From an uncultured Acidobacteriaceae bacterium (GTDB lineage Bacteria; Acidobacteriota; Terriglobia; Terriglobales; Acidobacteriaceae), in the NCBI GenBank assembly GCA_963838295.1, contig CAWIQS010000002.1, positions 19,156 through 83,155 on the forward strand: DNA of 64,000 nucleotides, read 5' to 3'. The number at the start of each line of letters is the position of its first letter. The first letter of the stretch is position 1. Of this stretch, positions 48,780 to 58,708 are shown piece after piece. Position numbers and translations under genes: made by a program. The notes below the pieces were generated by a model, which was given only the letters and a program-made list of their open reading frames with translations, ran no database searches and was not told the DNA's origin.

Positions 48780-49004
48780 ATGGGTTGCTCCCTGTGTGCT
48801 GATTTCGAACGAGCCCTCCAGGATAGAACGAACGAATGCCATCAAGCCTGTGCGAGCGAAACCTATGGGCGAATCAGCACGAGATTTGTCGCCTATAGCA
48901 ACGTGGAAATGGAACGAGCCAAAAGCGAGCTGGATATGCACCGCTCTGTGTGCGCATCCGTCACCGGCAAAGCTGGCGGACGGCGATCACGCTCAAAGAT
49001 CTGA
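48780..49004 (+). CDS. Small hypothetical Cys-containing protein
   Basis: MGCSLC...H..C; RBS-like GAAG; no family recognised. Confidence 0.45.
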   Translation: MGCSLCADFERALQDRTNECHQACASETYGRISTRFVAYSNVEMERAKSELDMHRSVCASVTGKAGGRRSRSKI

Positions 49005-49049
49005 ACCTCCTGGCATTTGAACTCCGTGGGATAGCCCTATACTGGCGGG

Positions 49050-49667
49050 ATGAAACTCCCACTCATCGGCTCACTTCCCGGTCAGGAACTTGTCGCGCTG
49101 ATTGTGGCAGTTTCGTTTGCCGCCGGGCTCAACGTCTATGCCACCGTGGCAACCCTCGGCCTGCTGGCACACGCGGGCGCGCTGGCGCTGCCTGATTCGT
49201 TGCACCTGCTGGAGAGCTGGTGGGTGATCGGTGCCAGCACGGCACTCTTTGCCGTTGAATTCTTCGCCGACAAAGTCCCCGGCTTTGACCTTATCTGGAA
49301 TGCACTGCAGACCTTCATTCGCGTGCCCGTGGCGGCCCTGCTGGCATGGCGCGCAACGGCGACCCTGAGCCCAGGAGAGCAACTGGCCGCCACGCTGCTC
49401 GGCGGCCTCATCGCCCTCGCCGCCCACGGAGGCAAAACCGCTGTCCGCGCCGCCGTCACACCCTCGCCCGAGCCCTTCTCGAATATCGGTCTCAGCCTCG
49501 GCGAAGATGTGCTGGCCGTCTCGTTGACATGGCTTTCAACCGTGCATCCATACATCGGCGGCGGCATTGCCCTGGCCTTTGTTGTAGCCATCGTGCTTCT
49601 CATCCGATGGGTATGGCGGGCGCTCCGTGCCCTCTTTCGCGGAGCCGAACATGCCGTCGCCGGCTAA
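49050..49667 (+). CDS. DUF4126 family membrane protein
   Basis: SFAAGLNVYAT, EFFADKVPGFD..W, PEPFSNIGLSLGED. Confidence 0.85.
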   Translation: MKLPLIGSLPGQELVALIVAVSFAAGLNVYATVATLGLLAHAGALALPDSLHLLESWWVIGASTALFAVEFFADKVPGFDLIWNALQTFIRVPVAALLAWRATATLSPGEQLAATLLGGLIALAAHGGKTAVRAAVTPSPEPFSNIGLSLGEDVLAVSLTWLSTVHPYIGGGIALAFVVAIVLLIRWVWRALRALFRGAEHAVAG

Positions 49668-49740
49668 TCGTGCCGGTTCAGGATCGAAACCGGGCACGGC
49701 AGATTCTGGCTGCAATCCAGCAGAACTCGAGTTTTTCAGC

Positions 49741-49778
49741 TTGACAGGAAATCAAATATATAACATATTTGTTATATA
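49741..49778 (+). promoter_or_regulatory. TTGACA box plus 9-bp inverted repeat, candidate ArsR auto-operator
   Basis: TTGACA at 49741; TATATAACA-TATT-TGTTATATA at 49757-49778 directly before ATG 49781. Confidence 0.65.
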
Positions 49779-49780
49779 AT

Positions 49781-50140
49781 ATGTCAGCTATACAAAATCT
49801 GGACTCGACGTTCCTGGCACTCGCTGATCCCACTCGCCGCGCCATCCTCGCCCGGCTCGCCCTCGGCGAAGCGACAGTGATGGAGCTGGCCGAGCCCTTT
49901 GAAATGACCCAGCCCGCCGTTTCCCGGCATTTGAAGGTGCTTGAATCAGCAGGGCTTATCGTCCGCCGTATCGATGGTTCCCGGCGACCCAGCCGCCTCG
50001 CGAAGCCGGGTCTCGAGGCCATCGATCGGTGGCTCGATATGTTGCGCTCCGCTTTGACCAGGAACTACGACCGGCTCGACCAGGTGTTGGCCGATATGGC
50101 CCCAAACGCAACCCCAGACACTGGAGGAAAAATCGAATGA
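49781..50140 (+). CDS. ArsR/SmtB-family transcriptional regulator
   Basis: FLALADPTRRAILARL, QPAVSRHLKVLE.AGL. Confidence 0.9.
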   Translation: MSAIQNLDSTFLALADPTRRAILARLALGEATVMELAEPFEMTQPAVSRHLKVLESAGLIVRRIDGSRRPSRLAKPGLEAIDRWLDMLRSALTRNYDRLDQVLADMAPNATPDTGGKIE

Positions 50141-50625
50141 ATACCATGACCAGAATGAGCCTCAGAACCGAAGGCGAAACGCATATCGTCGTTACCCGTC
50201 ATTTCCATGCAAAACCCGAGGCGCTCTACCGCGCCCACACCGAACCCGCCCTCATCAAGAAATGGCTCCTGGGCCCCGAGGGCTGGACCATGCCGGTCTG
50301 CATTAGCGAACTGCGACCGGGCGGCAAGATGCGCTACGAATGGGTGAACCCGTCGAAGGGGGAATTCGGCCGTTTCCACGTGACCGGCGAATACATTGAA
50401 CTCGAACCGTTTAGCCGCATCGTCCATGTGGAGCGCATGTTCCTGCCCGACCCAACCCCCGACAATCACATCGAAACCCGCTTCGAACCAGACGGCGACG
50501 GCACATTGATGACGATGCGCATGACGCTGCCCAACGCGGCCACCCGCGCTCAAATGCTTGCCACCAACATGGAACAGGGGATGGAAATGAGCTACGTCCG
50601 CCTCGAAGGCTTATTTGCAGCCTGA
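50137..50625 (+). CDS. SRPBCC (Aha1-like) domain protein
   Basis: TRHFHA.PEALYRAHTEP...KWLLGP; ATGA overlap with ArsR. Confidence 0.85.
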   Translation: MNTMTRMSLRTEGETHIVVTRHFHAKPEALYRAHTEPALIKKWLLGPEGWTMPVCISELRPGGKMRYEWVNPSKGEFGRFHVTGEYIELEPFSRIVHVERMFLPDPTPDNHIETRFEPDGDGTLMTMRMTLPNAATRAQMLATNMEQGMEMSYVRLEGLFAA

Positions 50626-51017
50626 AAACCTTGCATTATTCCCAGTGCCGGCATCCCCAGTCTTGATCAGGAGGCTGGGGAGCCATGCTGGCAATAACAT
50701 TTGTTGCATGAAAAACTTAACGGGCTCCTCTCTGCCTCGCTTCAGTTCATAAAAGGTTCGCCACCACATCGCTAGACTGCGAATTCGAAGACGGCCCCAA
50801 CCCTTCGTGCTGACCATGTCGTTGGCGGGCGAACTTCCACGGTTACCCCGGCGATGAGAATTTTGCAGCGAAACGAAATCGGTCCGAGTCTATACTTGTA
50901 GAACCTTGCTGCACCGTTCGAGGAGCCAGGGACATCGTGCAAGACGAATTCCTTATCGCGGTCGGGCCTGGGGCGCACGTTGAGCGCCAGTGGGCGATTG
51001 GCGCGCGTGACTCGAAA

Positions 51018-51386
51018 ATGGATGTGGCTGTAAGGCAGTTCTTCCGGCCCTACGTTCTTGCGTTTCTCGCGCTGGCCATTGCGGTTGGCGGCAATGGATA
51101 CGGCTACAAGCTCGCACAATATTTCCAGCACTCCGAGGTTTCCAAGGCCTCGGCCACCCGCATGTGGGTGGACCATCGTGACGATTCTTCGATCACGGTT
51201 GCGCACCAGCAAACACGGCCGCAGCAGATTTCGGCTCTTGAGCTTTTCCTGGTTTTCGCCCCTCAGGTTCCGCGTCTTTCGCGCGACCACGCCGTCACCA
51301 CGCCGGCACCGGTGCGCGTAGCGGCCGTTATTGCTTCGCATATTCCCTTCCGGGCTCCTCCCTCAATCCAACCTTCCCTGGCGTAG
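51018..51386 (+). CDS. Hypothetical protein
   Basis: Hydrophobic N-terminus, ends RAPPS; no family recognised. Confidence 0.5.
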   Translation: MDVAVRQFFRPYVLAFLALAIAVGGNGYGYKLAQYFQHSEVSKASATRMWVDHRDDSSITVAHQQTRPQQISALELFLVFAPQVPRLSRDHAVTTPAPVRVAAVIASHIPFRAPPSIQPSLA

Positions 51387-51495
51387 TCGGCAGTACCGGC
51401 CTGGTTTGTAATCCAATCCATCAGGCCGCATGTATTGCCCTCCGGCTATTCATTCCAACTGAATGAACTTGAAATGCCCACCCGATTAGGAGCGG

Positions 51496-52170
51496 GTGTA
51501 TATGCCAATTGCCTTGAGTGCAATGGAAGTGGAAACGGACGTGCCGATGCTCGATGGCCCCGTCTGCGATAGCCCCCTGTGCGATGGAAGAATCCGGGAG
51601 TTTCTCGAGACCGCTGAGCGGCGCAGGCCGCAGCTGTTGCGAATGGCCCGGCGCTTGAGCAATTCCAACGAAGACGCGGAGGACATCCTGCAGGAAGCGT
51701 TTATGAAAGCCTACAAGGCTCTCGCGAAGTTCCGCGGCGAGTCGCAGATGTCGAGCTGGCTCGGCGCGATTGTGCAGAACACGGCGCATGAGCATCTCCG
51801 CAGCCGCCGGAACCGCGTCTTCGTCTCCATCGAATATCTCAGCCGGGAGGATAACGAGGTCGTTGAGATCGATCTGCCTGACCCTTCCAAAAATCCGGAA
51901 GAATCGTGCCAGAGCAAGGAAATGGCGGAGATCCTGCGCGAGGAAGTGGGCAAGCTGGGTCAGGTGTGCCGTCGCGCGATCGAGCTTTGCATGCTCGAAG
52001 AACGGCCCCAGTTGGAGGCAGCCGATTCGCTCCGGTTGAGTGTAGCCACCATGAAGTCGCGGGTCTTTCGCGGCAAGCGCCTTCTGGGACACGCGGTCTC
52101 ACGACGTCTGGGTGCGCGGCATGGAGTTCTCGCGATGGCAGCCGAAAACCGAGTAAGTTGCGAAATGTAG
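51496..52170 (+). CDS. ECF-type sigma-70 factor
   Basis: DAEDILQEAFMKAY, FRGES..SSWL, TMKSRVFRGK; start uncertain. Confidence 0.85.
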   Translation: MYMPIALSAMEVETDVPMLDGPVCDSPLCDGRIREFLETAERRRPQLLRMARRLSNSNEDAEDILQEAFMKAYKALAKFRGESQMSSWLGAIVQNTAHEHLRSRRNRVFVSIEYLSREDNEVVEIDLPDPSKNPEESCQSKEMAEILREEVGKLGQVCRRAIELCMLEERPQLEAADSLRLSVATMKSRVFRGKRLLGHAVSRRLGARHGVLAMAAENRVSCEM

Positions 52171-52229
52171 AAGAAGGCACTAACGAAGCTCTCCAGCTGA
52201 AGTCCTTTTGAGCGCCGTGGGAACGGCGC

Positions 52230-53096
52230 TCATTTTTCTGCCTCAGGTTTCGGTGAAATATTCTGCGCAACCGTCCGTGCTGCTGCGGCGATGATCCAGG
52301 AAATGAAGAAGGCAGTAAAGGGCAGCCGCCTTTCCGATTGGCCAAAGACCGCCTGCATGTTAGCGGAAACCATGAAGCAGGCCGGCAGCCAGATCAGCAG
52401 CGTGTAGATGGATATCTGCGCAGCTTCTGCCCAGGCAGCCACACGCGGCAGCACGTTGCAGAGCACACCCAGACCGCTCGCAATCTGTCCCGCACCCGTG
52501 AGCCGCGCCCATCCCGCGCGAAAGGGCAGCCATGCCGGAACAAAATGGGCGGTGGCATCGAGATACACAAAATGCGACAACCCGATGGGCGGCAGCGAAG
52601 CGGCGAAGAGCATACGAGCCGCTCGCACACCGCGCTCTCCGGCGGCGAACGCGAACAGCGAACCTTGTGGCAGATCAGCAAGTTGGGCAAACAGCGTCCA
52701 GCCGCCGGAAAGAAGAAGCGTGAGCTCGCCGAGGCCGAGCCATACTCCTTCCGTTTGCGGCGCAACTATGATGGCCGGCAATTTCAGTGAAGCCCAGAGG
52801 ATGAGTCCCGGAAAAAGAATGCGCGCAGCCCACGCGCGGGTGAGGCGGAAAAGCAATCCGCAACCGACGCCCACCTCCAGCAATCCCGTCAGATACGCGA
52901 GCGCGGTGCGCCCCGGCATCCACGGAGCCACGGGCTGCCACACCATGGCAAAGTCGCCGACCACCAGCGCAATCACACCCAGGCCGATCAGGCCGATGGC
53001 GAAAAGGATGAGCGCCGGCTGCTGGCTGCGCGCAGTGTCCTTCGGTGCAGCAGACAGGGTTGCGAATTCGAGAGCTGGCTGCGTTACCGGCATCAT
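52230..53096 (-). CDS. DoxX-like membrane protein
   Basis: Two repeats of G..HF / P.W.P...A.LTG..E...G.G.L. Confidence 0.75.
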   Translation of the reverse strand: MMPVTQPALEFATLSAAPKDTARSQQPALILFAIGLIGLGVIALVVGDFAMVWQPVAPWMPGRTALAYLTGLLEVGVGCGLLFRLTRAWAARILFPGLILWASLKLPAIIVAPQTEGVWLGLGELTLLLSGGWTLFAQLADLPQGSLFAFAAGERGVRAARMLFAASLPPIGLSHFVYLDATAHFVPAWLPFRAGWARLTGAGQIASGLGVLCNVLPRVAAWAEAAQISIYTLLIWLPACFMVSANMQAVFGQSERRLPFTAFFISWIIAAAARTVAQNISPKPEAEK

Positions 53097-53256
53097 GAGA
53101 ATTGGAAGCTAGCCGATTCCTGCCATCATTCCAACTCCGATGTGACGCGTCCACGCGGTGAAGTTCTGAAGCGGTCTGCGGGTGCGGCTTGTCGGATAGT
53201 GGATGCATGGCGGCAGCGTTATACTCCGAGCACTGCATCTCCCATGAGGTCGTTCG

Positions 53257-53790
53257 ATGAAAAAGCTTGCATTCCTTCTGCTCCTGTCGGTTCCGCTCTT
53301 CGCCCAAACCAATGACAAGAAGCCACCCACCACGTTGCGCGGCGTGCTGCTGGAGCAACTGCGCACGACGCATGATCAGGAAGACTGGTTTGTTCCTGTG
53401 AGCATTGCCGTGGACGGACTGACCGCGCAGCAAGCCATGTGGAGTCCCGGCAAAGGCAACCACTCGGTGGGCCAGCTCGCCTATCACATCTGGTATTGGG
53501 ATCAGCGCGCGCTCAACGACTTCAAGGGCGTGAAGAATGAGAAATTCGATGGCAACAACAACGAGACCTTCGATAACTTCACGGCCGCGCAGTGGGACGA
53601 CCTGGTAAAGAAACTCAACCAGGTCATGGCCGATTGGGACAAGGCGGTAAATGATGCCGACGATGCAAAGCTCGCTGCCAGTGCCTCGCTCATCGCGCAT
53701 GTGGGCGCGCACAATGCCTACCATGTCGGCCAGATTCTCTACGTGCGCAAATTGCAGGGCGTCTGGAATCCAGACAAGGGCGTGAAGTAA
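53257..53790 (+). CDS. DinB family exported protein
   Basis: HSVGQLAYH ... HNAYHVGQI. Confidence 0.85.
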   Translation: MKKLAFLLLLSVPLFAQTNDKKPPTTLRGVLLEQLRTTHDQEDWFVPVSIAVDGLTAQQAMWSPGKGNHSVGQLAYHIWYWDQRALNDFKGVKNEKFDGNNNETFDNFTAAQWDDLVKKLNQVMADWDKAVNDADDAKLAASASLIAHVGAHNAYHVGQILYVRKLQGVWNPDKGVK

Positions 53791-53802
53791 TTCATCGAGC
53801 TG

Positions 53803-54372
53803 TCATCGAATCACGACGGTGGCGTGCTTCCGTTGCGCCTGCGTCTCGGGTGAGGCCACTTCTGCTCCGTGCCTGACGATTGTCCATATCCAGCCGAAGA
53901 ACGTGAGCACCAGCACCGGATAGGCAAAGAACGGCAGCGGACGCGAAAGCGGCGTCAACGGCGTTCCCCAGAAGATGTGCAGCGAAACAATACCAAATTC
54001 AACCGCGGCAATCAGCCCGGTCAGTCGCGTCAGGAGCACGAATTCCCGTGGCACGCTGATCAGCGTAAGACCCACCGACCACAGCGCCGTGCCCGCCGCG
54101 AACGCCGGAACACTGGCCTCGAGCGACATGGAAGTGCCCGTGAGCATGATGGCCTCACCGACGGCATAGATCAGGAACCCGACGGCCACTTCGATCTTGC
54201 CGGCGCGAAGATAGCTGAGCGCCAGGATTACAGTGGCGACAATGACGCCTGCCGCATCAATCGCCCAACAGATGGCACGCACATTCGAGGCTGCCACCAT
54301 TGATCCCGCCATCCCCAGGATTGCACCGACCACCAGCCCAGCCACGGCCAGGACTCGCAGTTCTTTTGTCAT
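53803..54372 (-). CDS. Hypothetical membrane protein
   Basis: About six TM helices; RBS AAGGAG. Confidence 0.65.
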   Translation of the reverse strand: MTKELRVLAVAGLVVGAILGMAGSMVAASNVRAICWAIDAAGVIVATVILALSYLRAGKIEVAVGFLIYAVGEAIMLTGTSMSLEASVPAFAAGTALWSVGLTLISVPREFVLLTRLTGLIAAVEFGIVSLHIFWGTPLTPLSRPLPFFAYPVLVLTFFGWIWTIVRHGAEVASPETQAQRKHATVVIR

Positions 54373-54534
54373 GCACGACTCCTTCATATAAGCGCACAAA
54401 TGATGCCGATGCCGGCGCGGCAGCACCATTGTTGCTAAATCACGCTAGTAATGAACCACAGGGGAGTGAACAGGGGCCTGCCGCGAGTCTACACAAGCAC
54501 CTCGAGGGAAGGCACCCGTTTTTTTCGAGACTCT

Positions 54535-56034
54535 TCAGGCGAGGCTTGCCGGGCGCAGCGTCTTGTCCGTCTGGTTGCCTATACGCACGATGATCGGCAG
54601 AAGCGCTTCCACATCCTGAATCGTGGTGCGGAAGTTGACGATGCAGGCGCGCAACGCGTATTTGCCGTCAATGATGGCGTTGGAGAGATACACTTCTCCG
54701 CTTTGCTGAAGTCGCGTGAGCACTTCGCGGTTCAGATCGTTGAGATAGCTATCCACCTCATCGCCACTTTGCTTCAAATCAGGTGGAACATAACGGAATG
54801 TGGTGATGCTGAGCCCCTGTGTCAGCGCTTCAAGCTCAGGATAACCGGCGACGCGATCGAACATGGCGCGCGAAAGGCGGATATCGTCGGAGATCATCTG
54901 CACGTAGCCGTCGCGGCCTGCCTGCTGCAACGCAAGCCACACCTTGAGCGCGCGAAAGCCGCGCGAGTTCTGCGGGCCGAGATCGAAATAATTGATGGCT
55001 TCGACTCCGAAGTGATAGTAGGCCGGGTGGTATGCGAAGGCATCGCGCAGTTTCGATATGTCACGCACCAGCGCGCAGCCCGCCTCGATCGGCGCGTATA
55101 GCCACTTGTGCGGGTCCACAGCAATGGAGTCCGCCGCCCCCATCCCCGCAAATTCAGGCGGTGCATCAGGACATACCGCGGCGAATCCTCCATAGGCTCC
55201 GTCGATATGGAACCACAGATTGAATTCGCGACAGATCTCGGCGAGTTCGGGCAGCGGATCCATGGCCCCGGTGCTGACCGTGCCCGCATTGCCAATTACA
55301 AGAAACGGCTTGTCGCCGGCGTCAAGGTCGGCCCGGATCTGTGCACGCAAATCGCCGAGATCAATGCGCATTCTGTTGTCGACCGCAATCCACCGCACCG
55401 AGTCTGTGCCCAGGCCGGCGATGTCGGCAGCTTTCTGAATCCAGGTGTGCGTCTCCTTCGATCCGTACGCGCGCAACCTCGTGCCATCCACGCCCTTCGA
55501 TCGAATATCGCTCCCGCCCTTTGCCTGGCGCGCCGCGAGAAAGCAGACCATGTTGGCCATGTTGCCGCCGCTGACGAAAAGGCCTCCGCAATCGGTTGGA
55601 TAGTTGAGCATCTCCGCGATCCAGCGAATGCTCTGCGCCTCGATCTCGCTCGCCATCGGCGACAGCAGCCACGCTCCGCAATTGGGGTTCGTCGCTGCCG
55701 CCAGCAGTTCGCCCAGTACACCGATCGGCGCGGCCGACGAGGTGACATATCCCCAGAAGCGCGGGTGTGCGTTAAAACAGGAATGATCGAAAAGCAGGCC
55801 AGTCGCGCGGTTCAGCAACTCCCCCGCGCCGGCGCCCTGTCTTGGCAGCGTACGACTGGCATCCAGCGCTTCACGTATGGCCGAAGGAGATTCGCCCGTA
55901 GTTACAGGCCGTTGCGGAAGCGAGTCAAAAAAATCGGCGATGCGGTCCACCAGTTGATGCCCGGCGACGCGAAAGTCGTCAGAAGATAGATTGAGCGGCG
56001 CGGTTCGCTTTGCGATCGTTTCAGTTTGCTGCAT
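54535..56034 (-). CDS. PLP-dependent group II amino-acid decarboxylase
   Basis: HPRFWGY, SGGNMAN, HIDGAYGG, DPHKWLY. Confidence 0.92.
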   Translation of the reverse strand: MQQTETIAKRTAPLNLSSDDFRVAGHQLVDRIADFFDSLPQRPVTTGESPSAIREALDASRTLPRQGAGAGELLNRATGLLFDHSCFNAHPRFWGYVTSSAAPIGVLGELLAAATNPNCGAWLLSPMASEIEAQSIRWIAEMLNYPTDCGGLFVSGGNMANMVCFLAARQAKGGSDIRSKGVDGTRLRAYGSKETHTWIQKAADIAGLGTDSVRWIAVDNRMRIDLGDLRAQIRADLDAGDKPFLVIGNAGTVSTGAMDPLPELAEICREFNLWFHIDGAYGGFAAVCPDAPPEFAGMGAADSIAVDPHKWLYAPIEAGCALVRDISKLRDAFAYHPAYYHFGVEAINYFDLGPQNSRGFRALKVWLALQQAGRDGYVQMISDDIRLSRAMFDRVAGYPELEALTQGLSITTFRYVPPDLKQSGDEVDSYLNDLNREVLTRLQQSGEVYLSNAIIDGKYALRACIVNFRTTIQDVEALLPIIVRIGNQTDKTLRPASLA

Positions 56035-56194
56035 GGGGATGCCTCGGAGAAATTCTACTGGCTCGCCGCGCTGTCGCGATTCCCGATTCTTGCTCTCACG
56101 GCGGGTTCGAAAAGCCGCGTGCAGTTACCTGCGGAATCATTTGCAACCCCGTCGCCTCCCGCCTGTACAATTGCGTGCATTCGGAGGTCGACGA

Positions 56195-57250
56195 ATGAGT
56201 AAGTTTGCAAGCATTACGGAAACGGTCGGCAATACGCCGGTGGTCAAGATCAACCGTCTCGCACCGCCGGATGTAAACCTCTATGTCAAGATCGAGGCGT
56301 TCAATCCGCTGGGCTCGGTCAAGGATCGTCTCGCTCTGGGTGTGATTGAAGAAGCAGAGCGCACCGGCAAGCTGAAGCCCGGCCAAACGGTCGTGGAAGC
56401 CACCAGCGGAAACACCGGCATCGGCCTCGCCATGGTCTGCGCTGCCAAAGGCTATCCCCTGGTGGTGACCATGGCGGAGACTTTCAGCATCGAGCGACGC
56501 AAGCTGATGCGTTTCCTCGGCGCGAAAGTGGTTATCACGCCGGCCGCGGCGCGCGCCGTTGGCATGGTCAACAAGACTGTAGAACTGGCCGAGAAGCATG
56601 GCTGGTACTACACGCGCCAGTTTGAAAACGAAGCCAATGCAGACATGCATTCGCGCACCACGGCGCAGGAGATTCTCGACGATTTCAAAGGTGAGCGTCT
56701 CGACTACTGGGTCACAGGATTTGGCACCGGCGGCACGCTCAAGGGCGTCGCGCGTGTGCTGGCCAAGGAGCGGCCGGACACAAAAATCGTGGTCTGCGAG
56801 CCCGACGATGCAGCGATGCTTTCGAGCGGCATCGAGCAGGAGCGCAACCCGGACGGCTCGGCGAAGTCCGGTCATCCCAGTTGGAAGCCGCATCCCATGC
56901 AAGGCTGGAGCCCCGACTTCATCGCCAAGCTGGCAGGCGATGCCGTCGCTTCGAAAGCGATCAGCCAGGTGTTGCGCATCGCCAACGCCGATGCCCTCAA
57001 GTGCAGCAAGGAACTCGCCAAAAAGGAAGGCGTTTTCGTCGGCATCACCTCCGGCGGAACCTTTGCCGGCGCGTTGCGCATTGCCGCGGAGGCTCCCAAG
57101 GGATCGACGATTCTCTGCATGTTGCCCGACACCGGCGAGCGCTATCTCAGCACGCCACTGTTCGCCGATGTGTCCGTCGACATGACCGAAGAGGAGTGGG
57201 AGATCGCGCGTTCAACGCCGAACTGCATCCTGCAACCGCCACAAGCGTAG
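56195..57250 (+). CDS. cysK: Cysteine synthase A
   Basis: GNTPVVKI, NPLGSVKDR, EATSGNTGI, GTGGT, PDTGERYLST. Confidence 0.92.
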   Translation: MSKFASITETVGNTPVVKINRLAPPDVNLYVKIEAFNPLGSVKDRLALGVIEEAERTGKLKPGQTVVEATSGNTGIGLAMVCAAKGYPLVVTMAETFSIERRKLMRFLGAKVVITPAAARAVGMVNKTVELAEKHGWYYTRQFENEANADMHSRTTAQEILDDFKGERLDYWVTGFGTGGTLKGVARVLAKERPDTKIVVCEPDDAAMLSSGIEQERNPDGSAKSGHPSWKPHPMQGWSPDFIAKLAGDAVASKAISQVLRIANADALKCSKELAKKEGVFVGITSGGTFAGALRIAAEAPKGSTILCMLPDTGERYLSTPLFADVSVDMTEEEWEIARSTPNCILQPPQA

Positions 57251-57275
57251 CTTCGCGACTTGTCCGCACAAACAG

Positions 57276-57307
57276 CAAGGGCGCCGATTTTCTAATCGGC
57301 GCCCTTG
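57276..57307. terminator. Hairpin terminator between convergent genes
   Basis: CAAGGGCGCCGATT-TTCT-AATCGGCGCCCTTG perfect 14-bp stem. Confidence 0.75.
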
Positions 57308-57326
57308 GTTTCAAAATCTGTCCGAA

Positions 57327-58631
57327 TTATTCAAACTGCGGTGGAAACACCATCTGGAACTCGCGCATTTCACGCTTCAGCTCATCCATCTGCTTCGGGT
57401 CAAACTTGAAGCTGTCCGCGCCGAAAAACTGCTTGTTGAATTGCTCCATCTGCCGGTGTAACTCTTCCATCTGCTTCGGATCGATGCCGAAGTTCTGTCC
57501 CTTGAATGCGTCGCGAAATTGCTCGGCCTGTTTGCGGAATTCCTCTTCTTGTTGAGGCGTGATTTCGAAGTGCATGCCACCGGCGTTGTCCTGCCACTGC
57601 TTGAGCTGATCTCGAAGCGCCTCGCCCTGGTCGCGCATCGACTGCATCGCGGACTCGTCCAGATCAAGGTGCTGCTGCAAATCCAGCATCACATCAGGAT
57701 CGGCAAACGCCATTAACGGGCAGGGGCCATCAGGAAGAAGCTCGTGAAATTCCAGTTCGCTCTTCTTCTTCGAATCCACCTGCAGCGTCAGCGTCGCCTG
57801 CTTCTTGTCGCGAAGCACAGTGACCTGTACAGCCTTTCCCTGGTTGGTGCGCATCGAGCGCTCCCAGTCAGAAACCGTCGCGATGCTTTCAGCGCCAACC
57901 TTGAGGATCACGTCGAAGGCTTTCATGCCTGCGGCAGCGGCCTCGCTTTTGCGCGCAACCTGCTTCACCATCAGGCCATTCTGAATGCCAAGATAGTCGG
58001 CCATTTGCGCAGTGAGCGGTTCAACCAGCGCGCCAACCTTCAGCGTGCTATTGCCGACAAACGGCATGTGGAATCCGCCAGGAAGCGGCGCATCTCCGGC
58101 GCCTCCGGTCCCAAGAATTCCAAGCCCCTCCACCGGCGTGCTGATATCACTGCCGTCATTCAGCTTGTTCCAGATCGCGGTGTCCAGCTTCTTGCGATCG
58201 GCCAGCTGAACAGTAAGCGTCTGCGTCGCACCGTCGCGGCTGACCAGCATCGTCACCTTGCGGCCGGGGGGAATTTCGCGCATCATACGGCCGAAGGCCT
58301 CCGCGCTCTCGACGGTCTGACCGTTGATTTCGAGCAGCACATCGTTCACGCGAAGCCCGACCTGTGCTGCCGGTGCGTCGTGATCGATGAGCGTTACTAC
58401 CGCTCCCCTGACGTCCTTCAGCTTGAGCTTGCTTGCCGAGTCCGAGTCAACGTCCCCGACCAGCACGCCAAGATACCCCTGCGCGCTCGAGTGCAGCAGA
58501 AGAGGGTTAGGTTGTTCCACGATTTGCGAGATGCGTGTCGCCTGTGCCGGCGCCATCGATGGCGCCAGTAGGATTGCGGCTCCCACCAGGGCGACTCCAG
58601 CTTGGATGTAAGGCCTCATAAAGCGGTTCAT
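57327..58631 (-). CDS. PDZ domain exported protein
   Basis: GYLGV, AAQVGLRVNDVLLEINGQ, second PDZ AAAAGMKAFDVILKVG. Confidence 0.85.
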   Translation of the reverse strand: MNRFMRPYIQAGVALVGAAILLAPSMAPAQATRISQIVEQPNPLLLHSSAQGYLGVLVGDVDSDSASKLKLKDVRGAVVTLIDHDAPAAQVGLRVNDVLLEINGQTVESAEAFGRMMREIPPGRKVTMLVSRDGATQTLTVQLADRKKLDTAIWNKLNDGSDISTPVEGLGILGTGGAGDAPLPGGFHMPFVGNSTLKVGALVEPLTAQMADYLGIQNGLMVKQVARKSEAAAAGMKAFDVILKVGAESIATVSDWERSMRTNQGKAVQVTVLRDKKQATLTLQVDSKKKSELEFHELLPDGPCPLMAFADPDVMLDLQQHLDLDESAMQSMRDQGEALRDQLKQWQDNAGGMHFEITPQQEEEFRKQAEQFRDAFKGQNFGIDPKQMEELHRQMEQFNKQFFGADSFKFDPKQMDELKREMREFQMVFPPQFE

Positions 58632-58708
58632 GTTACTTTCCTCGTGTTCCTTCATCCAGGTCCGCACTCTTGTATTGACGGTGCGGTTGCCCGAAGGTAA
58701 GGGGTTCG

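Noticed and set aside
54535-57250. Decarboxylase plus cysK as a dedicated sulfur-amine pathway
   Set aside because: Only divergent adjacency supports it; substrate cannot be read from the sequence.
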